This document shows positions 1 to 9,369 of a stretch of DNA of 64,000 nt, in pieces. The notes under the pieces are model-generated. The model was given only the letters and a program-made list of their open reading frames with translations, searched no databases and had not been told where the DNA came from. A program made the position numbers and the translations under genes. This stretch comes from an uncultured Clostridia bacterium. Lineage in GTDB: Bacteria > Acidobacteriota > Aminicenantia > UBA2199. Each line of letters starts with the position of its first letter. Position 1 is the first letter of the stretch. The DNA is taken from NCBI GenBank assembly GCA_964633415.1, contig CAZWFY010000009.1, positions 7,389 to 71,388 of the forward strand, in the 5' to 3' direction.

Positions 1-942
1 TTTAAAATTGTAAATTTTTCCGGGCTTCATAGTTATATATTTTCTAAGATAATCCGTACGGACGATTTTGTTACCCTCAATAATGACTTTCCCAAGCCTG
101 TACCGGGGACCTAATTCAACGGGAATTGAAATTTTTATCATCTTTTGAAATTTCCCGAACAAAGTCATTCTATTTATTCTTGAGAACACAGGCTTACCGA
201 CTTTAGCTTCCAAATATCCCTTCTGCCTTAACCTGTCTCTGACATTCTTTAGGTCTTCTTCCATTTTATCTTTATTATAGACATCTTTTCCGGTCACTGC
301 AGATAAGATACCATGAACTTTGTTATTCTTCATACCCCATCTCAGAAAATATGGAGATACTGTTTTTTTATTCAAACCCGGAAAAACTATTGCTCCGATC
401 CTTGTTTTTGAACCGGGTGAAACCTTAATAAGAATGTCCACCCCGCCTTTTGATTTTTTCTCAATTATTTTTACTTTTCCGTCATTATAACTTTTCTCAA
501 TAAGCAGATCATTGATAACCTTTTCAATTTTTTTAATTTTTGAAGAGTTGTAATAAGAAAAGGTAGTTAAAACAATATTATTTTCCTGAAGCTTATCTTC
601 AATATCACTCTGTTTCAGCTTTTTATCAATCTCATACTTAACGGAATTAATAAGAGGGTTTTCAACTACAATGATTTTTACCTCTTTTCCACCCTCGATA
701 TCATTAACTTCGATCTTTATATTTTTAAAAAAACCGGTTTCCCAGAGTATTTTAAAATCTTTGCGAAGAACTTCAGGCGAATACTCCCCGCCGACTCTCG
801 ACTTAAGATAAAACAGGATAGTATCTTTTGAAACTTTCTTATTACCTTCAACATCTATCTTTTTTATATCCACTGCCATAAGCGACAGTGTAACAAAATA
901 AAGCAAAATTAATATGATGGAAATTTTTTTCATAAACGCCTC
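1..942 (-). CDS. bamA: Outer membrane protein assembly factor BamA, N-terminal POTRA region (partial, 3' end lies beyond the window start)
   Basis: Hand translation of the reverse strand from ATG at 942 stays open to position 1 (314 codons). Signal peptide MKKISIILILLYFVTLSLMA, then POTRA-like IDVEGNKKVSKDTILFYLKSRVGGEYSPEVLRKDFKILWETGFFKNIKIEV. Absent from the ORF track because it runs off the edge. Confidence 0.7.
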
Positions 943-1178
943 ACAAATATGGTTTTTTATATCATAGTTTAGTCTAAAATTCAATTTGGATTTTCTCGGT
1001 CATTCCGATACAAATTTAAAAATATGGAGAATTTCATAACTTTTCGGACGAATAAAAATGGCAAAGAGTTTCATGTTTATAAAAATTTTACACTTTTTTA
1101 ATAATCACAAATCCAATTTTATAAATACTTTTCAATTATCTGAAACTATTCCTTTAATAAATTTTTCATCAACAAATA

Positions 1179-1207
1179 TTGACTTAAAGATCATGTTTCC
1201 ATATACT
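1179..1207 (+). promoter_or_regulatory. Putative sigma70-like promoter: TTGACT, 17 nt spacer, TATACT, about 22 nt upstream of the ATG at 1229
   Basis: Hexamers read directly in the sequence; weak GGAG Shine-Dalgarno follows. Confidence 0.3.
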
Positions 1208-1228
1208 GAATCTTTACGGAGCAAAAAT

Positions 1229-2173
1229 ATGGGAACGGTTCTTATAACAGGAGGAGCAGGATTCATCGGATCTCATCTGTCCGATAGATTTTTAAAAGAG
1301 GGATGGGATGTGATTGTCCTTGACAACCTTCTTACAGGGTCATCAAACAATATTTCCCACCTTATTGGTAAAGAAAAATTTAAGTTCATTAAATATGATG
1401 TTACCGATTACCTTTTTTTTAAGGAGAATATCGACCTTATCCTTCACTTTGCCTGTCCCGCATCCCCTTTTGATTACGCACAGCATCCGATACATACAAT
1501 GAAAGTTGACTCTCTCGGAACTTTGAATACATTGGGACTTGCAAAGAATAAAAAAGCAAGATATCTTTTCGCATCCACTTCGGAAATTTACGGAAGTCCC
1601 GAACAGCATCCGCAAAAAGAAGATTATTGGGGTAACGTTAATCCGGTAGGTCCAAGATCGGTTTACGATGAAGCAAAGAGATTTTCCGAAGCCATGTGTA
1701 TGGCATATTTCAGAGAACACAATATAGATATAAGAATTGCAAGAATATTTAACACTTACGGAACAAGAATGAGACTTCTTGACGGCAGAGTAATTCCTAC
1801 ATTTATCCATCAGGCATTAAAAAATCAATCCATAACAATATTTGGTGACGGATCACAAACAAGGAGTTTCTGCTTCGTTGACGATATGGTGGAAGGGCTC
1901 TATAATTTTGCTACAAAAGACGGGCTTAACGGGGAGGTTGTTAATCTTGGAAATACCGAAGAACATTCAATAAAATTTCTCGCTGAAGAGATAATAAAAT
2001 TAACGGATTCATCATCGGATATTATCAATCATGATCTGCCTGAAGATGATCCTCCTGTCAGACAACCGGATATTTTAAAAGCAAACAGACTGCTTGGCTA
2101 CTCTCCTGAAATTTCTCTCTCGGACGGTCTTAAAAAAATCATTCCGTGGTTTAAGGAAAGAAAAGATGGATAA
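1229..2173 (+). CDS. UDP-glucuronate decarboxylase (UDP-xylose synthase)-like NAD-dependent epimerase/dehydratase
   Basis: Rossmann motif VLITGGAGFIGSHL. Catalytic YDEAKRFSE (YxxxK). GDGSQTRSFCFVDD typical of the UXS/ArnA-decarboxylase subfamily. Start moved to the internal Met (MGTVLITGG) because the 57-aa upstream extension of the ORF has no homology-like features. Confidence 0.8.
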   Translation: MGTVLITGGAGFIGSHLSDRFLKEGWDVIVLDNLLTGSSNNISHLIGKEKFKFIKYDVTDYLFFKENIDLILHFACPASPFDYAQHPIHTMKVDSLGTLNTLGLAKNKKARYLFASTSEIYGSPEQHPQKEDYWGNVNPVGPRSVYDEAKRFSEAMCMAYFREHNIDIRIARIFNTYGTRMRLLDGRVIPTFIHQALKNQSITIFGDGSQTRSFCFVDDMVEGLYNFATKDGLNGEVVNLGNTEEHSIKFLAEEIIKLTDSSSDIINHDLPEDDPPVRQPDILKANRLLGYSPEISLSDGLKKIIPWFKERKDG

Positions 2174-3095
2174 GAGAATTTTCGGTCCGGTACCTTCGAG
2201 ACGACTCGGGATATCACTCGGGATAGATGTTATACCTTTTAAAACCTGTACACTTGATTGTATATATTGTGAATGCGGAAGAACAACCGATCACGGATTG
2301 GAAAGAAAAAGATTCTTTAATCCCGATGAAGTTCTGGAAGAATTGAATGATTATTTAAAAAGAAATATCCCTCTGGATTATATAACATTTTCCGGATCCG
2401 GAGAACCGACATTAAACAGTGATATAGGCTATATTATTAGAGAAATAAAAAAAATCAGTAATGTCCCGGTTGCAGTCCTTACAAACGGCACACTACTTTA
2501 TGATAAAACGGTCAGGGATGAACTTCTTCCCGCAGATCTGGTTCTCCCCTCTCTTGATGCCGTATCCGAGAATATATTTAGAAAAATAAACAGGCCCGCA
2601 AAAGGACTTCATTCATCCGAAATAATTGAGGGTCTTGTTGAATTTTCAAATATTTATAAAGGGAAAATATGGCTTGAAGTCTTCTTTGCAGCAGGAGTGA
2701 ATGATTTTGAAGAAGAGTTGGATAAGCTTTATTCAACAATAAAAAGAATTTCTCCGGACAGAGTTCAGCTTAATTCTCTTGACAGACCTCCGGCATATAA
2801 AAATACTAAAGCAGTTGATATAAATTTTCTTGAACATGTTAAAAACAGATGGAATGATCTTAATGTAGATATAATTAAAAGGATTAGAATGAGGGAGGAT
2901 ATCCCCTCTTTTTCAAAGAATCTTGAAGAAAATATACTTAACACTATTTTAAGAAGACCGCTTACGGTTCAGGATCTTGAAACTTTAACCGGGAAAAGAC
3001 CCGCCGAACTTTTAAAATATATTGATGTCTTAGAGAAGGAAAAAAAGATCAAACCTAAAGTAATAGGCGATAAAATATTTTATACATCAAAATAA
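2166..3095 (+). CDS. Radical SAM protein (CxxxCxxC; COG0731-like Fe-S oxidoreductase)
   Basis: FGPVPSRRLGISLGIDVIPFKTCTLDCIYCECG carries the 4Fe-4S/SAM cysteine triad, and FSGSGEPTLN is the glycine-rich SAM motif. Start at MDKRIF (2166) overlaps the upstream stop by 8 nt. Confidence 0.75.
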   Translation: MDKRIFGPVPSRRLGISLGIDVIPFKTCTLDCIYCECGRTTDHGLERKRFFNPDEVLEELNDYLKRNIPLDYITFSGSGEPTLNSDIGYIIREIKKISNVPVAVLTNGTLLYDKTVRDELLPADLVLPSLDAVSENIFRKINRPAKGLHSSEIIEGLVEFSNIYKGKIWLEVFFAAGVNDFEEELDKLYSTIKRISPDRVQLNSLDRPPAYKNTKAVDINFLEHVKNRWNDLNVDIIKRIRMREDIPSFSKNLEENILNTILRRPLTVQDLETLTGKRPAELLKYIDVLEKEKKIKPKVIGDKIFYTSK

Positions 3096-3171
3096 AAACC
3101 TTTCTTAAATTATACATCTGACTCGATCAATTACACTTCATTTCTTAACTATTTTGTGATATATATTCTCG

Positions 3172-4059
3172 ATGAAATTTGTCACTTTGAAAAAGTGCCC
3201 TTTATGCGGTTCTTCCGAAATCATTGATTTCAAACACGGCACAATTAATGTAAAAAAAATTGATTCCGATAATTTCAAAATAACCGACAGCTCTTACGGC
3301 TCTCTATGGGATTTTTCCCGCTGTAAAAAATGTTCATTTGTTTTTTCTAATCCAAAACTTGATAAAGAGAGTCTTATTGAATTCTATTCGGCACTTGAAG
3401 ACACGGAATATAGTGAAGAAAAAGATGGAAGGGCAAAAAATTTCAAGACGGTATTAAATAGAATAAAAAAACTTCAACCCGCAGATAATTCACTTCTTGA
3501 TATAGGGTCGGCAAGCGGTATTTTTGTAAAACTTGCAAAAGAGAAAGGTTATAATGCAGATGGTATCGAACCATCCGGATTCCTCGTAAAAGAAGCTAAA
3601 GAAAAATTCGGTATAGACCTGTTTAGAGGAACTGTCGAAGAATTTAAAAATAAGCATCGATATTCGGTTATTACTCTTCTTGACATTATTGAGCATGTCC
3701 ACTCTCCGGAAAATTTTATCTCTCAAGTATCGGAATTACTTAATGATAAAGGTCTGCTTGTTATCGTTACGCCCGATATAGACAGTTTTACATCAAAGAT
3801 AACCGGCAGCAGATGGTGGCACTACAGAATAGCTCACATTAATTTTTTTAATAAAAAATCCCTTGAATATTTACTGAAAAAAAACGGATTGGAAATAGTA
3901 GAAGTAAAAAGATATGCATGGAACTTTTCTCTGTTTTATCTTTTATCAAGACTCTTCCCAATGCTCAAAAAGAAAAAAAGTTTACAAAACGTGCTTAAAA
4001 GGATAAACTTAAAAGTACAGCTTTTTGATTCGCTGGAGATATATGCAAGAAAAATATAA
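3172..4059 (+). CDS. Class I SAM-dependent methyltransferase with N-terminal Zn-ribbon (CPLCG...CKKC)
   Basis: Motif I LLDIGSASGIFVKLAKEKGYNADGIEPSG. Four Cys in two CxxC pairs at the N-terminus. Methyltransferase type 11/12-like. Confidence 0.7.
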   Translation: MKFVTLKKCPLCGSSEIIDFKHGTINVKKIDSDNFKITDSSYGSLWDFSRCKKCSFVFSNPKLDKESLIEFYSALEDTEYSEEKDGRAKNFKTVLNRIKKLQPADNSLLDIGSASGIFVKLAKEKGYNADGIEPSGFLVKEAKEKFGIDLFRGTVEEFKNKHRYSVITLLDIIEHVHSPENFISQVSELLNDKGLLVIVTPDIDSFTSKITGSRWWHYRIAHINFFNKKSLEYLLKKNGLEIVEVKRYAWNFSLFYLLSRLFPMLKKKKSLQNVLKRINLKVQLFDSLEIYARKI

Positions 4060-4951
4060 ATATTATATAGAGTCGCTGAGGTTGGAGAGATGGCCGAGAA
4101 GTCTTGCAATTCTTCCGGGTTATATTGCCGCAATTGTATTATTGCCTAAAGAAACCAAAAGTTTTTCTCTTCTTCAGTTGATTCTCTTCCCCTTTGCAGC
4201 TTATATTTTAACTCTTCTGGTCTCGACCGCAAACTATATCATCAATGAAATCGCAGATGCCCCTTTTGATGCTTATCACCCTGCAAAAAAAGAGAGACCT
4301 CTTGTAAAAGGTGTCATAAGTGCAAAGATACTTATGATCATATGGAGCATCATTATTGTTTTTACTTCCGTTGCAGCCTACCTGATTTTTCACAGCAGTA
4401 ATCTTCTTATAACACTCGGCACACTTTTATTAGCGGGAATTCTCTACAATATTCCGCCCATCAGAATAAAAGATATACCTTTCCTTGATTCTACACTTGA
4501 ATCCGCCAACAACCCTATAAGATTCTTGATCGGGTGGGTAGTTATAGCGGGCAACTCTTTCCCGTGGTGGCTTCTGATTTCATGGTGGGCTTTCGGAAAT
4601 TTTTTAATGATAGGGAAAAGAGTTGCCGAAAAAAAGTTTCTGAGTTCCGACGAATCTTCATCATACAGAAGATCATTGAGCAGATATACACAACGAAGTC
4701 TTTTCGTTTTTATGATCCTTAATGCTCTTATCTTTCTCGTTACATTCGCCCTTTTTGCAATAGGATCGGGAATGAATACTTTTCTATATTCGATTCCCTT
4801 TATTATCATTTATCTGATAATGTTCATTAAAAAATCTTTACAGGATATAGACGGTGCGGAAGAACCGGAAAAACTTCTTAAAAATCCCTATTTTGCTTTG
4901 TATACACTTTTTCTGGTTGCGATTTTTTTATTAGCATATATACTTAAATAG
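4043..4951 (+). CDS. UbiA-family prenyltransferase (polytopic membrane protein)
   Basis: NEIADAPFD matches the NxxxDxxxD Asp-rich motif. About 8 predicted TM helices. Start at MQEKYKYY (4043) overlaps the upstream gene by 17 nt. Confidence 0.65.
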   Translation: MQEKYKYYIESLRLERWPRSLAILPGYIAAIVLLPKETKSFSLLQLILFPFAAYILTLLVSTANYIINEIADAPFDAYHPAKKERPLVKGVISAKILMIIWSIIIVFTSVAAYLIFHSSNLLITLGTLLLAGILYNIPPIRIKDIPFLDSTLESANNPIRFLIGWVVIAGNSFPWWLLISWWAFGNFLMIGKRVAEKKFLSSDESSSYRRSLSRYTQRSLFVFMILNALIFLVTFALFAIGSGMNTFLYSIPFIIIYLIMFIKKSLQDIDGAEEPEKLLKNPYFALYTLFLVAIFLLAYILK

Positions 4952-5599
4952 ATGGAAATAGAATTAATTCTTAAAATTTTGCTCGCATCTGCTCTCGGTG
5001 GTCTTATAGGACTTGAAAGGGAACTCTCAGGGAAAGAGGCAGGATTGAGAACAAATATTCTCATAGCAATCGGAAGCACTCTTTTTACCGCCCTTTCATT
5101 TAAGATTGTCAAACTTTCCGGTTCCGGAGATCCTACAAGAATAATAGCTCAGGTAGTTACGGGAGTCGGATTTATCGGTGCAGGTTCGATTATACGTTCA
5201 AAAATATCGGTGCACGGACTTACTACAGCAGCTACAATATGGACGGTATCTGCGATAGGAGTTGTGATAGGTTCCGGATTTTACCTGACCGCTTTTTTAG
5301 TTACGATCCTGTTGGTTTTTATCCTCAATATTTTTAAACACGTTTCAGGACATATAAAAAATAAAATTAAACTCTCTTCATTTTCTCTCACAACAAAAAA
5401 TAAACTTAGTATAGTTACAAATATAAAAAACATTGTAATGGAGTGCGGAATAAATCATTTTGAATGGTCTGTTAAAAAAGTAAAATCAGGATATACAATT
5501 GAATTATCAATCTCATCTACAGATATTAAGAAAAAAAAATTTATGGAAAAGATAATGGAAATGGACGGAATATCAGAATTCTCAAGTGATTCGATCTGA
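4952..5599 (+). CDS. mgtC: MgtC/SapB family membrane protein
   Basis: ILKILLASALGGLIGLERELSGKEAGLRTNILIAIGSTLFT is the signature MgtC N-terminal region. C-terminal soluble domain present. ATG immediately follows the upstream stop. Confidence 0.8.
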   Translation: MEIELILKILLASALGGLIGLERELSGKEAGLRTNILIAIGSTLFTALSFKIVKLSGSGDPTRIIAQVVTGVGFIGAGSIIRSKISVHGLTTAATIWTVSAIGVVIGSGFYLTAFLVTILLVFILNIFKHVSGHIKNKIKLSSFSLTTKNKLSIVTNIKNIVMECGINHFEWSVKKVKSGYTIELSISSTDIKKKKFMEKIMEMDGISEFSSDSI

Positions 5600-6199
5600 A
5601 TGATAGAATTGCTCGTCGCCACATCAAATCAGGGTAAAAAAAAAGAAGTGGAGGAGTATCTTAAGCGGTTTATTCCGGATATCACTTTTATTTCCCTTTC
5701 ATCACTAAAAAATATAACCGAACCTGAAGAAGATTCAATCGATTTTTGGGGAAACAGTGTAAAAAAATCTGTCTACTACAGCTCTAAAGCAAAGGGAATT
5801 ATTACTATGGCAGATGATTCCGGATTATCCGTAGATTCTCTTGGCGGAAGACCGGGTGTTAATTCTTCAAGATATTCAGGTCAGGAATGTGATGACAAAA
5901 AAAATATAGAAAAACTTTTAAAAGAACTTTCCGGGGAAAAAAGAAGAGAGGCAAAATTTATAACGGTTATTACACTTTCCCTTAACGGTAAAATCATAAA
6001 AAGTTTCAGAGGAGAAGTTCAGGGAGTAATCTTAAATGAAAAAAGAGGTTCGGGAGGTTTCGGATATGATTCGGTCTTTTTTTATCCTCCGTTGAAGAAA
6101 ACATTCGCAGAACTTACCGTTAAAGAAAAAAACAAAATATCACACAGAGCAAAAGCTTTGGAAAAAATGAAAAACTTCCTGGTTGACTTCAAACATTGA
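5600..6199 (+). CDS. rdgB: Non-canonical purine NTP pyrophosphatase (RdgB/HAM1 family)
   Basis: LLVATSNQGKKKE, ADDSGLSVDSLGGRPGVNSSRYSG, GFGYDSVF and HRAKAL motifs. Confidence 0.85.
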   Translation: MIELLVATSNQGKKKEVEEYLKRFIPDITFISLSSLKNITEPEEDSIDFWGNSVKKSVYYSSKAKGIITMADDSGLSVDSLGGRPGVNSSRYSGQECDDKKNIEKLLKELSGEKRREAKFITVITLSLNGKIIKSFRGEVQGVILNEKRGSGGFGYDSVFFYPPLKKTFAELTVKEKNKISHRAKALEKMKNFLVDFKH

Positions 6200-6224
6200 A
6201 TCAGTTTAATTTTTTTATAAAGAA

Positions 6225-6539
6225 TCAATTCTTGATATGAAAAAGTAGTCTGAAAGTATCCATCACAAGGCACGATGTTGAATTTGTATTGTTTTTTTTC
6301 AAGAAAATATAATGAAGCTTTCCCCCTATAAACTGACCGGAGAAAAAGAAAAAAACCGAAATTAAAAATGACCGAGCTGACCATCCGAGTCCTGAAAATA
6401 TTCTTAGAGAAATAACAAACGGAACAGGCAGATGAACAGAAAGTACCCACTGGAGCGAAAACTTTTCAGTATTCGATCTCCAATAACCGAATGGAAGATT
6501 TAAAAAAAATATTATCACTCCAAAGAACAGATAACTCAA
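6225..6539 (-). CDS. Possible small membrane protein (104 aa, TTG start) downstream of the rSAM operon
   Basis: Strong AAGGAG sits 7 nt upstream of the TTG start on the minus strand. Product has 2-3 hydrophobic helices. No recognisable family. Confidence 0.25.
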   Translation of the reverse strand: MSYLFFGVIIFFLNLPFGYWRSNTEKFSLQWVLSVHLPVPFVISLRIFSGLGWSARSFLISVFFFFSGQFIGGKLHYIFLKKNNTNSTSCLVMDTFRLLFHIKN

Positions 6540-6656
6540 TTTTTTCTCCTTATAGACTACGGAAAAATTTTAACAAACACTTCTCAACAATTCAAATGAT
6601 GACATTCACGGAAAAGTCGGAGCAAGCAGAAAAAAATTTTATTCATTAATCATTTA

Positions 6657-7607
6657 TTAATACAATTTCTCTAACTTATACTCATAAGGAATAAACATTC
6701 GATCCTTTTTTCTCCCCAAAAATTCCAGAAGATGCTGACCGCAATTACTTCCTATTCTATTCTCTTCCAATTCTCCCACACTTTCGATTATTGAAAAGCC
6801 AGCGGATCTTAATTTTTCAATCTTTTTCGATAATTCCGTTTCCCGGGAAAGATCAAGAATATTGTCAAGTCTATTTTTAACGGCAGTCCTTGTCGGATTT
6901 ACAGGAGTTAATTTAATCAAAAATATTTCAGGATTAAAAACATCTTCAATAATCTCCGGCAAAAAAGGTGTATCCCTTGATATGGCAAAATTAAGAGTTA
7001 TCTTTCTGTCACCGTGATTATAAAAACTATTCCCATATTTTGCAATCTCTCTCAGACTCCATTTTTTCACAGGAATAGCTATATCTCTGTATTTTTCCGA
7101 TGTAGAATGTACTGAAAACTGCATTTGGAAATTACCATCTGCGTATAAATCTTTTTTTACACTAACAAGGTTCGAAAAAAAATTGTTACAACCGACTGGA
7201 GCAACTGTAGAAATGCTTGGTAAAAAACCCGGAGCTTCATAGTGATTATTAAAATTCTTTAATACATTCAATACCGAAGTATTGAATGCCGGTTCACCCA
7301 TTCTTGCAAACTGAATTTTAAACTTTTTTACATTTACCTTTAAGTCCGGGAATCTTTTGCGAATAAGAAAATCTATCTGAGAGAAAATCTCCTTTTCAGA
7401 AAGTTTCCCGTTATAATAAGAACCGGCATCACAAATAGGACATCCGACCGGACATCCGAATAAAGTTGAAACAATCAGAACCCATTTTTCGGATCTTTCT
7501 AATGGAGGCTGTAGAGACTCCACAAACTCCAAATATTTCCCTGACTCCATCTTTGCAATATATACGGTAGCTATATCTTCATTTCCGGATTTAAATAGTA
7601 TTTTCAT
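6657..7607 (-). CDS. Radical SAM enzyme, RlmN/Cfr-like fold
   Basis: GCPVGCPIC is CxxxCxxC. MGEPAFN, FSVHSTS, KLTPVNPTR and IGSNCGQH align with RlmN MGMGEP, ISLHAPN, IPWNPFPG and DAACGQL. The position of the RlmN Cys118 equivalent is Phe. Confidence 0.6.
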   Translation of the reverse strand: MKILFKSGNEDIATVYIAKMESGKYLEFVESLQPPLERSEKWVLIVSTLFGCPVGCPICDAGSYYNGKLSEKEIFSQIDFLIRKRFPDLKVNVKKFKIQFARMGEPAFNTSVLNVLKNFNNHYEAPGFLPSISTVAPVGCNNFFSNLVSVKKDLYADGNFQMQFSVHSTSEKYRDIAIPVKKWSLREIAKYGNSFYNHGDRKITLNFAISRDTPFLPEIIEDVFNPEIFLIKLTPVNPTRTAVKNRLDNILDLSRETELSKKIEKLRSAGFSIIESVGELEENRIGSNCGQHLLEFLGRKKDRMFIPYEYKLEKLY

Positions 7608-8497
7608 GAACTCCTCATATTAAAATATATTTCCATAGCGGTTTTCAAACCATCTCCGACAGCTATTGACACCTGTCTGAAAATCCCGTTCTTAGCATCA
7701 CCTATAATTAATGCTCTCTCTTTTATCATATCCGGAAGGTTGTTATCTCTGTATAATTCTGTGTATAGTACATTGTCGGAAACTCTTCCTGTTGCAAAAA
7801 TCACTGAATCGAATCGTCTGGAAAAATTCTCACTCCCTCCCAAAAAAGATACGATAAGCTTCCCGTCGGAATTATGTTCAATTGATTTTATATAGACACC
7901 GGATAATATCTCACTTTTATCAGACATCCTCACCCTTTCAACAAGAGTACTTAAAGCACGAGGTTTATTTGAACGTAAAGCAATAGTCGTATTATTTGAT
8001 CCGGAAAGAGAGAGAGCATAATCGAATGCAGCATCACCTCCACCGATAATCAGAAAATTTTTCCCCGATAGACCTATAAGTTCTGTAATCTCAAAAAAGA
8101 TATTTCCTTTAATTTCATCGGAAAATCCATCAACAGATTCCGGATATACAGGAACTGTTCCCGTTGCAAAAACGACATAGTCCGAAAAATATATACCTCT
8201 GTCAAAAAAAATTTTGAATCTGTTTTTTTTTCTGTCAAATTTAACGACTTCAACCTTTGAATAGATAACATCAATATCAAGTAAATCCAAGTGTTTACCA
8301 AAAAGATCCGATAAATTCTCTCCGCTTATTCCTTTCGGAAATCCCGGATAATTCTCTATCAAATATCCGTTACGAAGCAGCCCTCCGACTCTTTTCTTTT
8401 CGAACAGGAAAAAACCGATTCCAAATCTTTTTAGCTGAATTGCAAGAGAAATTCCTGCGGGACCGGCTCCGATGACGGAAACACTTCTGAAATTCAT
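7604..8497 (-). CDS. FAD/NAD(P)-dependent oxidoreductase, thioredoxin-reductase-like FNR type (no redox CxxC)
   Basis: VSVIGAGPAGISLAIQL is the FAD GxGxxG motif. LIIGGGDAAFDYALSL is the NAD(P) site. No CxxC disulfide. Overlaps the rSAM gene by 4 nt. Confidence 0.75.
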   Translation of the reverse strand: MNFRSVSVIGAGPAGISLAIQLKRFGIGFFLFEKKRVGGLLRNGYLIENYPGFPKGISGENLSDLFGKHLDLLDIDVIYSKVEVVKFDRKKNRFKIFFDRGIYFSDYVVFATGTVPVYPESVDGFSDEIKGNIFFEITELIGLSGKNFLIIGGGDAAFDYALSLSGSNNTTIALRSNKPRALSTLVERVRMSDKSEILSGVYIKSIEHNSDGKLIVSFLGGSENFSRRFDSVIFATGRVSDNVLYTELYRDNNLPDMIKERALIIGDAKNGIFRQVSIAVGDGLKTAMEIYFNMRSS

Positions 8498-9154
8498 TTA
8501 ACCGAACCGCTCTATAACCTCGTTTGCAAAAACCGGATATGCAAATCCATGTGAAATATTCAGAAGTGATGATAGATGGAAATCTCTATTATAAGTTGCA
8601 GTAAAATCAATCCCGAAAAAAGTATCATACCCTCTTACAAATGCTTCTCTTGCAGTTGTTTCACAACAGAGATGGGTCATCACTCCTCCGATAAGGACCT
8701 GGGTGACATTTTTTGCCTTTAAGATACTTTCCAGATTAGTATTGTAAAATGCATTATACTGCGTCTTTTCAATTACAACTGCTTTTTCACTTAATTCCGA
8801 GTCAATAAGTTCGGAATACTCATCTTCTTTTCTTATGAAATCACGCCACCATTTCCCCATCTGTTCCGCATTCTCTTTTGTATTAATATGACGTGTCATA
8901 ATTACAGGCATTGAGAATTCAAAAAAAATATCACTTATCATCTTGATATGTTTAATAATAGACTCCCCTTGAGGAATAAAAGCATGAGAATTCTTATCAA
9001 AAAAAAATTTTTGCATATCAAGAATCAGGAAACATATATTCCCTTTTTTCATTTTTAATTCGTGCATATCACGAAATTTCAGAATATTTTTTAAAATTCT
9101 ATTTTCAGGATCGTCTTTTATTAAAGAATCAAAATACTTCTCTTTAATCATCAT
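8498..9154 (-). CDS. Isochorismatase-family cysteine hydrolase
   Basis: ICFLILDMQ and VLIGGVMTHLCCETTAREAF match the nicotinamidase/isochorismatase fold with a catalytic Cys. Start taken at the internal MMIKEKYF. The ORF could extend to 9193. Confidence 0.7.
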   Translation of the reverse strand: MMIKEKYFDSLIKDDPENRILKNILKFRDMHELKMKKGNICFLILDMQKFFFDKNSHAFIPQGESIIKHIKMISDIFFEFSMPVIMTRHINTKENAEQMGKWWRDFIRKEDEYSELIDSELSEKAVVIEKTQYNAFYNTNLESILKAKNVTQVLIGGVMTHLCCETTAREAFVRGYDTFFGIDFTATYNRDFHLSSLLNISHGFAYPVFANEVIERFG

Positions 9155-9369
9155 TTCTCTTTCCCCAAACCTATTTTTCTCCCGCAGTTTCAATTAGAGA
9201 GGGTTTTAAAAATTTTTTCATTTGCTTTCCCTTTTTATTGAATAAGTAATTGATTTTAGACTAACAAAAACCATCAGTCAACAGATCAGAACAAAAACTT
9301 TTGCTTAATATTGATTATTTTTTTTAGGATACATAGAATGAACTTGTTAAGATTGATCGGGAGGAATAA

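Noticed and set aside
1058-1228. 57-aa N-terminal extension of the UXS-like ORF
   Set aside because: Low-complexity AT-rich translation, and a promoter-like TTGACT/TATACT pair lies inside it. The internal Met immediately precedes the Rossmann motif.
1343-1810. Antisense 155-aa ORF inside the UXS-like gene
   Set aside because: It lies entirely within the confident UXS-like CDS on the opposite strand.
6420-6640. Short strings resembling RNase P RNA conserved regions (GGAAAAGUCGGAGC, ACAGAAAGUACC) in the long spacer
   Set aside because: Order and spacing are wrong for RNase P RNA, each match carries indels relative to the consensus, and there is no GC-rich helical context. Likely chance.
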